Shown piece after piece: positions 18,318 to 27,543 of a stretch of DNA of 64,000 bases. The notes under the pieces were generated by a model. The model had not been told where the DNA came from and did not search any database. It was given only the letters and a program-made list of their open reading frames with translations. The first letter of the stretch is position 1. Each line of letters opens with the position of its first letter. The stretch is from contig CAWEYG010000002.1 of the NCBI GenBank assembly GCA_963813155.1, positions 160,001 through 224,000 on the forward strand, given 5' to 3'. The stretch is from an uncultured Acidobacteriota bacterium (GTDB taxonomy: Bacteria; Acidobacteriota; Thermoanaerobaculia; UBA5066; DATFVB01). A program made the position numbers and the translations under genes.

Positions 18318-19292
18318 TTGCTGAGCTGGTTCGACCGCGAGAAGCGCGAGTTGCCGTGGCGGGGCACCGGAGATCCCTATGCGATCTGGGTGTCGGAGGT
18401 CATGCTCCAACAGACGACGGTCCAGACGGTCCTGCGGCGATACCCCGCGTTCCTCCGTCGTTTCCCGACCGTTCGCTCGCTCGCCCGCGCGCGGGAGGAT
18501 TCCGTGCTCGCCGCGTGGTCCGGGCTCGGCTACTACGGCCGGGCGCGAAACCTTCGCCTCGCCGCCCGAGAAATCGTCTCGAGCCACGGCGGAGTCATCC
18601 CCGCGGATGCCGACGCTCTCCGGAAACTGCCGGGATTCGGCCCGTACACCGCGGCTGCCGTCGCGGCGATCGCATTCGGGCGGCCGGCCCTGCCGATGGA
18701 CGCGAACATCCGGCGGGTCGTCTCCCGGCTGTTCGCGACGGCGGATCCCGCCGCGTTCCTTCCGCGAATCGTCGGCCGAAGCCGGACGGGCGACACGATC
18801 GCGGCGCTCTTCGACCTCGGCCAGATCCTCTGCCGGCCGCGAAATCCCCGGTGCTCCGAGTGCCCCCTCGAGCGGAGTTGCCGCGCCCGCCGCGAAGGTT
18901 CCGTCGCATCGTTCCCGACAAAAAGGTTGCTTGCGCCGTACCGGCCCGTTTACCTGTGCGCGGCAGCGATCGTCCGCGGCGGGAAGCTCTGGCTGAGAAG
19001 GCGGAATTCGACGTGGCTTGCCGGGCTCTGGGAATTTCCCTCCGTCGAAGCGGCGTCGAGGCGGGCGTCCCGGGCGGCGTTTCGGCGTCTCTACGGCGAC
19101 GCGACGCTCCTGGGAGAAGTCGAGCACACGGTCGTGCGCCGCAAGGTGCGAGCCGAGCTGTACGGGACCGATCGCGCGCCCCTCGATTCGGAGGGCCGAT
19201 GGATGACGCTCCGCGAGGTCGGCACGCGCGCGTCGCCGACCCTGACGAGGAAGATCGCCGCTCTTCTTTCGCGACGCGGATTCCGGGCGTAG
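18318..19292 (+). CDS. mutY: A/G-specific adenine glycosylase
   Basis: LPWR, WVSEVMLQQT, WSGLGYY, LPGFGPYTA, FeS motif CRPRNPRCSECPLERSC, NUDIX-like C-terminus GLWEFP. Confidence 0.93.
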   Translation: MLSWFDREKRELPWRGTGDPYAIWVSEVMLQQTTVQTVLRRYPAFLRRFPTVRSLARAREDSVLAAWSGLGYYGRARNLRLAAREIVSSHGGVIPADADALRKLPGFGPYTAAAVAAIAFGRPALPMDANIRRVVSRLFATADPAAFLPRIVGRSRTGDTIAALFDLGQILCRPRNPRCSECPLERSCRARREGSVASFPTKRLLAPYRPVYLCAAAIVRGGKLWLRRRNSTWLAGLWEFPSVEAASRRASRAAFRRLYGDATLLGEVEHTVVRRKVRAELYGTDRAPLDSEGRWMTLREVGTRASPTLTRKIAALLSRRGFRA

Positions 19293-19301
19293 AATCGTCG
19301 C

Positions 19302-19748
19302 ATGGCCAGATACGCCTCCCTCGCGGTCCTCGCGCTCTCCGCGGTCATCCGAGCCGACACTCTCGTCATGAAGTCCGGCGAGAAATATCAGCTGAAGGTG
19401 CCCGCGACGCACAAGAACGGCAGGGTCACGTTCACGACGACGGCGAATCGCTTTCTCTCGGTCAGCGAATCGGAGGTCGCCCAGGAAATCGCAGGACCGC
19501 CGCCCCCGCCGCCGAAACAGATCAATCGAACCGATTCGCGCCAACTCGGAGCGATCGCGCGGGAGCAGCGCGAAGAGCAGGGAAAGTCCGCCCCGGTCGC
19601 CGGGAAATCGGCCGACAAAAAGACGCTCCGACGGGGCCTCCGGGGAAACCCGCAGCCCGACCGCGTCGAAAAAAAAGAAAAAGGCGTCCCGCGACTCCCC
19701 GCCTCCGCCCCCGGCCGCCAAGGACCAGTAGCTTCGACCAGTAGCTGA
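19302..19748 (+). CDS. Hypothetical secreted protein; C-terminus possibly affected by indels in A-runs
   Basis: Signal peptide followed by DTLVMKSG; Pro-rich linker; TAGAAT 6 nt upstream. Confidence 0.6.
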   Translation: MARYASLAVLALSAVIRADTLVMKSGEKYQLKVPATHKNGRVTFTTTANRFLSVSESEVAQEIAGPPPPPPKQINRTDSRQLGAIAREQREEQGKSAPVAGKSADKKTLRRGLRGNPQPDRVEKKEKGVPRLPASAPGRQGPVASTSS

Positions 19749-19753
19749 GAAAA

Positions 19754-20539
19754 ATGAGAGCGCTCTACCAGGGACGAAACGTCGAGGTCCGGGAGGAAGG
19801 GAACGGCCCGCCGGTCGTTCTCGTCCACGGGTATCCGCTGGACGGCGACATGTGGAACCCGGTGTCCAGCATTCTCGCCCGGAAGTTCCGCGTGTTGCGG
19901 CCGGACCTCCCGTCGCGGCGCGACACGCCGCATCCGACCTCGCCGACGGTCGCGGAGTATGCCTCGTGGATCTCCACCGTCGCGCAGGCGGCGGAATCTC
20001 CGGCCGGCATCGCCGGGTTCTCCATGGGCGGATACGTCCTGCTCGACCTCCTGAAGCGCAAACCGGCGTTCCTGCGCGCGGCTGCGTTCGTGGACACGAG
20101 AGCCGAAGCCGACGACGAGAAGGTTCGCGCCGCGCGAAACGCGGCGATCTTCACGGCCCGGGAGATGGGCCCGTCCGCCGTCTCGGACGGCATGGTCCCG
20201 AAGCTGCTCTCCCCGGCCGCCCGGAGCGACCGGCAGATCGCCTTCGCGGTGCGCGCGATCACCCGGCGCCAGAACCCGAACTCCCTCGAGAACGATCTGC
20301 TCGTCATGCAGGGGCGGCCCGACTCGACCGAGTTCCTCGCGGAGATCGGGATTCCGTGCCTCGTGGTTCGCGGCAGCCTCGATGCGATCACGCCCGCGGC
20401 CGCGGCCGAAGCGATGGCGAACCGGATCCCGGGCGCGCGCCTCGTGACGATCGAGGGAGCCGGCCACCTGACTCCGATGGAGAAGCCGGCGGAAGTCGCG
20501 GCGGCTCTCGGCGAGTTCTTCGAGAAGGCGCTTCTCTAG
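19754..20539 (+). CDS. Alpha/beta hydrolase (PcaD-like)
   Basis: VLVHGYPLD, GFSMGG, GSLD, GAGHL. Confidence 0.9.
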   Translation: MRALYQGRNVEVREEGNGPPVVLVHGYPLDGDMWNPVSSILARKFRVLRPDLPSRRDTPHPTSPTVAEYASWISTVAQAAESPAGIAGFSMGGYVLLDLLKRKPAFLRAAAFVDTRAEADDEKVRAARNAAIFTAREMGPSAVSDGMVPKLLSPAARSDRQIAFAVRAITRRQNPNSLENDLLVMQGRPDSTEFLAEIGIPCLVVRGSLDAITPAAAAEAMANRIPGARLVTIEGAGHLTPMEKPAEVAAALGEFFEKALL

Positions 20540-23406
20540 AAGGCCACCCGCATCCCGAAACGCACGCTGCGCGGCGGCTGCCGCAGGACCGGTTTCTGTA
20601 GTTCGGGTTCGTCGGGGTCGGGCTACCGTTGTCAGCCTCCGCGAAGTCCCACCGCTCGTCCAGCAGAACCGGCCTCTGGGCGTTCAGCAGATTGAAGACG
20701 TCGGCCATCAGATTGATCGTCACCGGCCCGACCGCGAGGGGGTACCCGAGGTGCAGGTCCGCCTCGTAGGTGGACGGCGTCCGCCCTTCCGATCCCCGCT
20801 TCGTCAGGAACAGCTCGTACCGCCCGTACCCGTCGACGAATCCGTATCGCGAGATCGGCGTCCCGGTGCGGATAGTAGGTCGAGAGGCCGACGTTGAGAC
20901 CGAATGGCGCGGTGTAGGTTCCCGAGAGCTTGAGCTGACTCCGCCGGTCGTTCGACAGCGGGCCGCGGTTCGTGATCGGAGCGTAGCTCGCGAGCGTTCC
21001 GTCGAGAAAGTGGTTCGTCTGCGAAATCCGCGTAGTCGTAAGCGGCGGAAATGTTCGGATCGGCACCGACGTTCGTGAAGGGCGCGTACTCGCCGTCGTA
21101 GTTGCCGTCGAGCTTCGACCAGAGATACGAGGCGAGCATCGACCAGTTCTTGCTGAAGCGCTTCGTCGCATCGACTGCACTCCCGCGGAAAATTCGCTTC
21201 GCCGGCTTGCAGCGGTAAGGTACCGGCGGTCGAGTCGTAGTTGAAACGTCGAATCACGTTCTCGTCATGATTCCCTCGCCAGGATTGCCGATCGAATAGA
21301 CGCCGTCGACCGGGTCCGACAGGAAGTCCTCGATCACTTCGCCGTAGTTCCGATAGATGTACTTCACGCCAACCGCGAAATCGGGGACGATCTCGCGTTC
21401 GCCTCCGAGGACGAACTCCCGCACGTACTGGCCGCGCAGGTTCGGGTCGGCCGGCTCGATGTTCGCGCCGACGATGTTCGAGTTGGTGCCGAGGTCCGAA
21501 GCGGCGCTGTCTCCCGGCGCCGGATGAAAGTCGGTCGGCGAGTAGTTGAAAATGTGCGGCTGACGCTCGTACGAATACGACCGGATCACGAGGTCCATTG
21601 GAATCTCTTCGTAGAAGCGGCCGAACGAGCCGTAGACCTTCGTCTTCTGGTCGCGCGACGGGTCCCACGTGAATCCGAAGCGGGGCGCGAAGTCTTTCTT
21701 CAGGTCTATCTGCTGGACGCCCGCGGAATCGATGATCTTCTGGTTGTCCCACCGGACGCCGAGGTTCACGGTCAGGTTCGGCAGGATGTTCCACTTGTCC
21801 TGGACGTACGCCGTCAGCATCTTGTGCTCGGGCGACGCGTTCAGCTCCGAGAGCGGCGCGTCCTCGATCGTCGCGGTCTTCGTGGTCCAGTAGTTGTGCT
21901 GATAGATGAGCGGCAGGTGCGTTGTCGCGGAGTTCGGGTTCGTGAAGATCGAGCACCTGCTGGCCGCCCGACATGCGCTTGGTCACGTCGGCGGTTTCCT
22001 TCTCGTAGTCGAACGCCTCCCTTGATCTCGTGGTTTCCGAGGAACTTCGAAACCGAGCAGCGCGAAGTGATCGCGGCTGAAGTTCTTCTTCTGGATCAGC
22101 CCGAAACCGCCGGTCTGGAAGCCGCCGTTCATCTGATTCGACGAATTCGACGACGTCGCCGAGCCGCCGACGCCGGGCCGATCGAGTTTCGCTCTTCGTG
22201 CCGGGCCGCCTGAAGCGCGACGAGCCACGTACCCGCCGAACAGGTAATCGCCTCGCAACGGAGTAGTTCGGCCGCCGAAGTCCTGCCGTCCGAGAAACGT
22301 GTTCGGGTCGCCGTTCAAGGTGTGGTTGTTGTCGTTGATCGCGCCGCGTGCCGGCGCGGGTCCTGGAAGTACGATCCCACGATCGATCCGGCGTCGCCGA
22401 GCCGGTACGTGAGCTTCCCGGAGGCGAGATTCCGCGTCGACTTCGAATCGAACTCCTGGCCGGTGCTCGGTCCGTTCGTCAAAACGTTCTTCAACGTGTT
22501 GTCGACCCTGTCGTACGCGCCGAAAAACCATAGCCGGTCCTTGAGGAGGAATCCGCCGAGATCGGCGCCGAAGTCCTTTTTCGTGTAGCCCACCGACGCG
22601 CCCTGCGTCGTTTCGCCCACTTTTTCCGTATTCGCCTGAAGGCCGTCGTTGTCGTAGTAGCCGAACGCCTCGCCGTGGAACTCGTTTCCGCCCGACTTCG
22701 TGATGACGTTGATGATGCCGCCCGTCGAGCGGCCGTATTCGGCCTCGTATCCGCCCGTCTTCACCTCGATTTCCTGGATGAACTCGTAGTTCAGCGTCGT
22801 ACCCTGTTTGCCGTACTCGACGCCGCTCGTGTCGATGCCGTCGATGACGTAGGCGTTCTCCGAGCTCGAGGAGCCGTAGACGGTGAGAGAGGCCGAGTCG
22901 TTCTGCGGGTTGTACGGGTCGACGTCGTAGGAAACTCCGGGCGTCACCTGCGCGATCGAGGCGAAGTTCCGGTCGGTCGGGATCGTCTGGATCAGGTGCT
23001 GGTCCAGGTTCGTGCCGATCGTCGTGCTCGTCGTGTCGATGACCGGCGCCTCGCCGGTGACGACGACCGATTCCTTCGCCGAAGGCCTCATCTGGAAATC
23101 GACGACGCTCGTGCCGCCGAGGGCGACGGTGACCGCTTTCTTCTCCGTCGCGAAGCCCGCGAGGGTGGCGGAGACCTGGTAGCGGCCCGGAGGAAGGACC
23201 GGCAGCCGATAGGCGCCGCGCGAATCCGTCACCGCCGTCTGCGCGCCCTGCAGAGCGGGTCCCGTCGCCTCGACGTTGACTCCCGGCAGGGCGTCCCCGT
23301 TCTCGCCGAGTGTCCGGCCGGCGACCGATCCGGTCGTCTGCGCGCGCAGCGCAACGGCAGGCACAAGGGCAATCAACGCAAGCCAGAATTGCCGACGAAT
23401 TCGCAT
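20536..23406 (-). pseudogene. Oar-type TonB-dependent receptor (carboxypeptidase-regulatory N-domain), broken by many frameshifts in 20560-22400; assembly error or pseudogene
   Basis: Signal peptide, QTTGSVAG, LPGVNV, KTGGYEAEYGRSTGG.INVITKSGGNEFHG; fragments YVQDKW...LGVRWD, FAPRFG, DVFNLLN; ends RSVRFGMRVAF*. Confidence 0.85.
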
Positions 23407-23452
23407 CGCTTCTGCTCCTCTTTTCTCTTCTTCCGGAATCTTCCCGGGGATT

Positions 23453-24157
23453 TTACACGGTTTCGGCAGCCGGTTTTGCGGGCTTCCGCGCGGTGGCCCA
23501 GAGGTACTGGGTCCCCGCTCCGGAGACGTCCTCGACGGAAAATCCCGCGCCGGCGAGCTCGCGCCTCAGGCGGCGCTCGGAAAACACGACGCCCGACCAG
23601 GAGTCCGCCGCCCACCGCCGGTACCACTGGCGGGTCCTCCCGTCGACGTTCGCGCGAAAGACCCCTCCCGGCTTCAGGACGCGGAAGGATTCCCGGATGT
23701 AGCGGCGAATGAAACGTGCCGCGGGCACGTGCTGAAAAACCAGGTGCGAGTAGACGAAGTCCGCGGTCTCCGACGGGATCGGCATGAGGTCGCCGTCGAC
23801 CCGGAGGAAATCGACGTTGTCCGTTCCCGCGCAGTACGTCCTCGCCCGGGAGAGCATCTCGGGCGACAGATCGCACGCATAGATGCGCGCGACGCGGGGC
23901 GAGAGAGCCCGGGCGAGCCGGCCGATCCCGCAGCCGATCTCGACCGCGACGGCCCGCGGCGGCAGGGCAATCCCCTTCAGGACCAGTTCGTCGAGATCGC
24001 GGCGGCCCGACTCTTCGAACGCCGGCCCCGTCGCGGCGGCGGGAAAGACGTAGAACGCCGCGTCCTTTCGAGCCCGCGCGTCCCAGTCCGCACGCATCGT
24101 CTTTCGCCGGCGGAGCAACCTCGCGGGAAGCGACCTCGTGAAGGGAACATCCCTCAC
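23453..24157 (-). CDS. Class I SAM-dependent methyltransferase
   Basis: VEIGCGIGR, DLSPEML, DFVYSHLVFQH, RVLKPGG; GTGA overlap with upstream gene. Confidence 0.9.
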   Translation of the reverse strand: MRDVPFTRSLPARLLRRRKTMRADWDARARKDAAFYVFPAAATGPAFEESGRRDLDELVLKGIALPPRAVAVEIGCGIGRLARALSPRVARIYACDLSPEMLSRARTYCAGTDNVDFLRVDGDLMPIPSETADFVYSHLVFQHVPAARFIRRYIRESFRVLKPGGVFRANVDGRTRQWYRRWAADSWSGVVFSERRLRRELAGAGFSVEDVSGAGTQYLWATARKPAKPAAETV

Positions 24158-25306
24158 CGCAGCGCCCGTGCCAGGAGAACCCAGGGGCGCGCCAGGCGAA
24201 GCCACACGCCCTGCCACCGGCCTCTCGCGCGGGTCGCGGCCGCGAGCTCCACGCGGGAGGGGAAGAGCGCCCGAAACGCCGAGCGGAAGATCCTTCCGGC
24301 GCGGGAATGGTCGGTCGGTTCATAGAGCCAGCCGCGCAGGACGGACGATCGCGAGTACGCCCTATCCCGTGCGGCGGCGAGGACGTGGTGCAGAAAAGCC
24401 CGCTCGCCCGCGCTGCCCTCCCGCAACTTTTCGCCGGATCGAAGGCGAAAGCAGAGCCGGGCGACAGCGTCGATCTCGGCGGCCGACACATCGCGCGAAA
24501 TCCATCCCGCCCATGAGCGCCTGTCCCTCATGGCCCCCGGGAGATCGAGATCGACGAGATCCGCGACCATCCGCAGCATCGGGTAGGCGTGCGGAGCGAG
24601 ACCGTTCTGGCCGATCCCGTGGACGAGGGCATGCGCAATCAGGACCTCCCGCACCGGAACGGCCGGCGACCCCGGCGTCACGGCCGGGAACGCGCACAGC
24701 CCCCGATCGAGAAGGTCGCGGGCGTCGGCGGAACGGCGCCCGGCCACGCGGACCCCGAGGAGCTTCCGATGGATATCGACCGAGACCCCGAAGGGATGGA
24801 CGACGGGGCTCGTCTGGTGCTCGTACTCGGGGCATCCGGACGGGCGAAATCCCCTGTCCAGCAGGGCCCGACGGAATCTGCCGGACTCCCCTTCGGGGAC
24901 CAGAACGTCCACGTCGGAAGTGCCGCGAGCCTTTCCGATCGACGTAGCTCCCGATGGCGAGCGCCTGGAACTTCAGGTACACGAGCGGGATCCCGAGCTC
25001 GCCCGCGGCAGCCGCCACGTCCTGCGCGGCGAGAGTATTCAAGACCGCTTCGTCGGCGTTCCGCAGCGATGCGCGGGAGAACTCCGTGGCCGCCTCGCCG
25101 ATTTCGGCCTCGAGGCTCCCGGCGCCGGAGCGCGCGGCAATGCGGGCGGCCAGATCGAGACCGTTCGCGGTCGGGAACAGGGAACTTCCCTCCGGAACGT
25201 TCGGGAAACTCTTGCCCGGCGGTCCGAAAGCGCGCAGGAGCGCCCACTCCTCCCCGGCGGACATTTCGAGCGGCGGGGGACGAAATCGAAACCCGGAGGC
25301 TTTCAT
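24154..25306 (-). CDS. Uncharacterised nucleotidyltransferase (NTP_transf_5-like); frameshift near 24920
   Basis: GIPLVYLKFQAL...SR / SDVDVLVP...GF...HQ..P...VDIH across two frames. Confidence 0.75.
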
Positions 25307-25310
25307 GTGT

Positions 25311-25625
25311 CTAACGTTTCTTCTGGAGGCGCTCGTTCGCGGGCTTCGGCCGCTGGACCTGGCGAGTCCCCTCGAGGGCGAGATAGAGGAGTCCTCCCGC
25401 CAGCAGAAGGCCGAGCAGAACAGGGACGACGGCGAAGTAGATGCGGGCGCGCCAGTCGCGCCAGCTTCCCGCGTGGACGAGCGGCTTTCGCCAGCCGCAC
25501 GCGTGACAACGGTAGTAGTGAAGCGGCAGGATCAGGCGAAGCGCTCGTTCTCCCCGGGTCCGGGTCCTCGAGCGATAGAGCTCTTCGCTTCCGCAGTCGG
25601 GGCAAATGTCGATGCTGCTGATCAT
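25311..25625 (-). CDS. Small Zn-ribbon membrane protein
   Basis: CPDCGSEELYRSR...YRCHACGWR followed by one TM helix. Confidence 0.7.
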   Translation of the reverse strand: MISSIDICPDCGSEELYRSRTRTRGERALRLILPLHYYRCHACGWRKPLVHAGSWRDWRARIYFAVVPVLLGLLLAGGLLYLALEGTRQVQRPKPANERLQKKR

Positions 25626-25671
25626 CCCACCATTGAAGTACCCGGAAATCATACCGGATATAATCGGCCCG

Positions 25672-26796
25672 ATGGCCTTGCAGAAGATCGCCACCTTCGA
25701 CGACTGGATCGACAATTTCCGCCAGTGGAAGAAGGACATCGGACTGACTCTGCCCCGGGAATTCGACGAGTTTCCGTTCGAGGCGAAGTTCGGAGAGCTC
25801 AAGACCGACGAGATCGAATACGGCGACTTCGCCGGCGGACGCAAGTGGGACCGGGTCACCCAGATCCCGCTTCAGCCCGTTCGCGACGCCCTGTTGAACC
25901 TGATCGTTTACCAGGGGGACACGGAATTCGCGTCGGTCGAACAGCAGCGCTACCTTCTCGAGTCCGCGCCCTCCCGCTACGACCTGGACTCCGCCTGCCG
26001 CATCATGGTCGAAGAAATGCGCCACGGGTGGCAGATGTGCAACCTGCTCGTGAACCACTTCGGCGAGACGGGAAAAGTCGAAGCGCGCAAGCTCCTGGAG
26101 CGCCGCGCCTGGGACAACAATCGGCTGCTCGGGTCGTTCAACGTCAACGTGAACCACTGGCTCGACTTCTTCACGTACACCGACTTCGTGGACCGCGACG
26201 GAAAATTCCAGCTCAACATGCTTTCGACTTCCGCATTCTCGCCGCTCGCCCGGTCCATGGGGCCGATGCTGAAGGAAGAGGCCTTTCACCTCGGCACCGG
26301 CCACATGGGTCTCCAGCGCATCGTCAAGCGGGGTGTCGTTCCGCTGTCGATCGTTCAGCGCTACATCAACAAGTGGGTCCCCACGGCCTACGACCTCTTC
26401 GGAACCGACCACTCCTCGTCCGCCCAGTGGCTCTACGTGTGGGGAGTGAAGGGACGATACGACGAGGGAAAGCAGGAGCGCAGCGCCGACAAGGAGCATC
26501 TCAACGAGAATTCCCGGGAGATGTTCCACTCGGAGGTTCGGAACCTGATCGACCAGGTCAACCGTCTGCTCCCCGAAAGCTCCGAGAAGCTCTACACGCC
26601 CGACCTCCGGTTCCATCGCGCGATCGGGGACTTCAAGGGCCAGCTCTGGTCGGTGACGGGAGAAGAGCTTTCGCCCGAATCCCACGCGCGGCATCTCGCC
26701 GAGACTCTTCCGCGGCCCGAAGACGAGATCGTACTGAAGGACATTTTTTCCTCCGGCGAGACCTGGATCGAGCCGCGGGAAACGAAGGCGAACTGA
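25672..26796 (+). CDS. BoxB/PaaA-PaaC-like ferritin-fold diiron aryl-CoA epoxidase subunit
   Basis: QGDTEFASVEQQ, EEMRHGWQM, DRDGKFQL, EEAFH (two ExxH motifs). Confidence 0.85.
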   Translation: MALQKIATFDDWIDNFRQWKKDIGLTLPREFDEFPFEAKFGELKTDEIEYGDFAGGRKWDRVTQIPLQPVRDALLNLIVYQGDTEFASVEQQRYLLESAPSRYDLDSACRIMVEEMRHGWQMCNLLVNHFGETGKVEARKLLERRAWDNNRLLGSFNVNVNHWLDFFTYTDFVDRDGKFQLNMLSTSAFSPLARSMGPMLKEEAFHLGTGHMGLQRIVKRGVVPLSIVQRYINKWVPTAYDLFGTDHSSSAQWLYVWGVKGRYDEGKQERSADKEHLNENSREMFHSEVRNLIDQVNRLLPESSEKLYTPDLRFHRAIGDFKGQLWSVTGEELSPESHARHLAETLPRPEDEIVLKDIFSSGETWIEPRETKAN

Positions 26797-26804
26797 CCGC
26801 GGGC

Positions 26805-27473
26805 ATGCGCCGAGCGCTGTTTCTCCTTCCGCTCCTCTTCCCGGCTCTGCCGCGGCAGGCGCGGGCGGCGACGACCCGCTGGCAGGCGTCGGCCGGGATC
26901 GCGGAAAACCGGCTGAACGTCTCGTGGGACAGCTGCCCGTCCGGCGCGCGCGAGTGGGAGGCGTTTCTTTCCCTCGACGGCGGCCGCAGCTTTCCCCTCC
27001 GGGTGACGCCCCATTTGAGCACGGAGGTTCGAGCTTTCTCCTGGCCGATTCCCTGGGTCCTCGCCGAGAACGCGAGGCTTCGCATTCGATTCGGCGACGG
27101 GACCTCCGAGCGGGAGTACGACGTCCCGGGCACGTGGGACATCGTTCCGTCCCGCGACTCCCGCCCGCTGTCGCCGGAGAGCCGCGACTTCGCGGCGAAT
27201 CCCGCGCGGGGCGAAGAAGAGACGTCCGCCTGGGTGGAATGGAACGGCGCGCGCCCTCGGACCGTCGTGCCGGCCGCGCCTCCCGGCGCCCGCTCCTCCT
27301 CCGAATGGCGCTCCCCGGAATCCGCGAGACCCGCGCTTCCTTCGCGAAAGCTCGCGCTCGCCCCGGTCTCCCCGAGGCCCGAAACCGTTCCTCCCTCTCC
27401 CGGCGGCCACGCGACCCGCAACGCCGCGTTTCGCCCTCCCCCGCTCGCCGTCTCTTCCCGCCTGAACCTCTGA
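26805..27473 (+). CDS. Hypothetical secreted protein with Ig-like beta domain, Pro/Ser-rich tail and RPPP motif
   Basis: Signal peptide MRRALFLLPLLF...ARA; WEAFLSLDGGRSFP...FSWPIP...ARLRIRFG; ends FRPPPLAVSSRLNL. Confidence 0.7.
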   Translation: MRRALFLLPLLFPALPRQARAATTRWQASAGIAENRLNVSWDSCPSGAREWEAFLSLDGGRSFPLRVTPHLSTEVRAFSWPIPWVLAENARLRIRFGDGTSEREYDVPGTWDIVPSRDSRPLSPESRDFAANPARGEEETSAWVEWNGARPRTVVPAAPPGARSSSEWRSPESARPALPSRKLALAPVSPRPETVPPSPGGHATRNAAFRPPPLAVSSRLNL

Positions 27474-27543
27474 GCCCTCCGCCTCTCGCGATTCCATTCC
27501 GCCACTCGCGCGGGAATTGAATTTTTTCGAGGAGGAAATGCTC

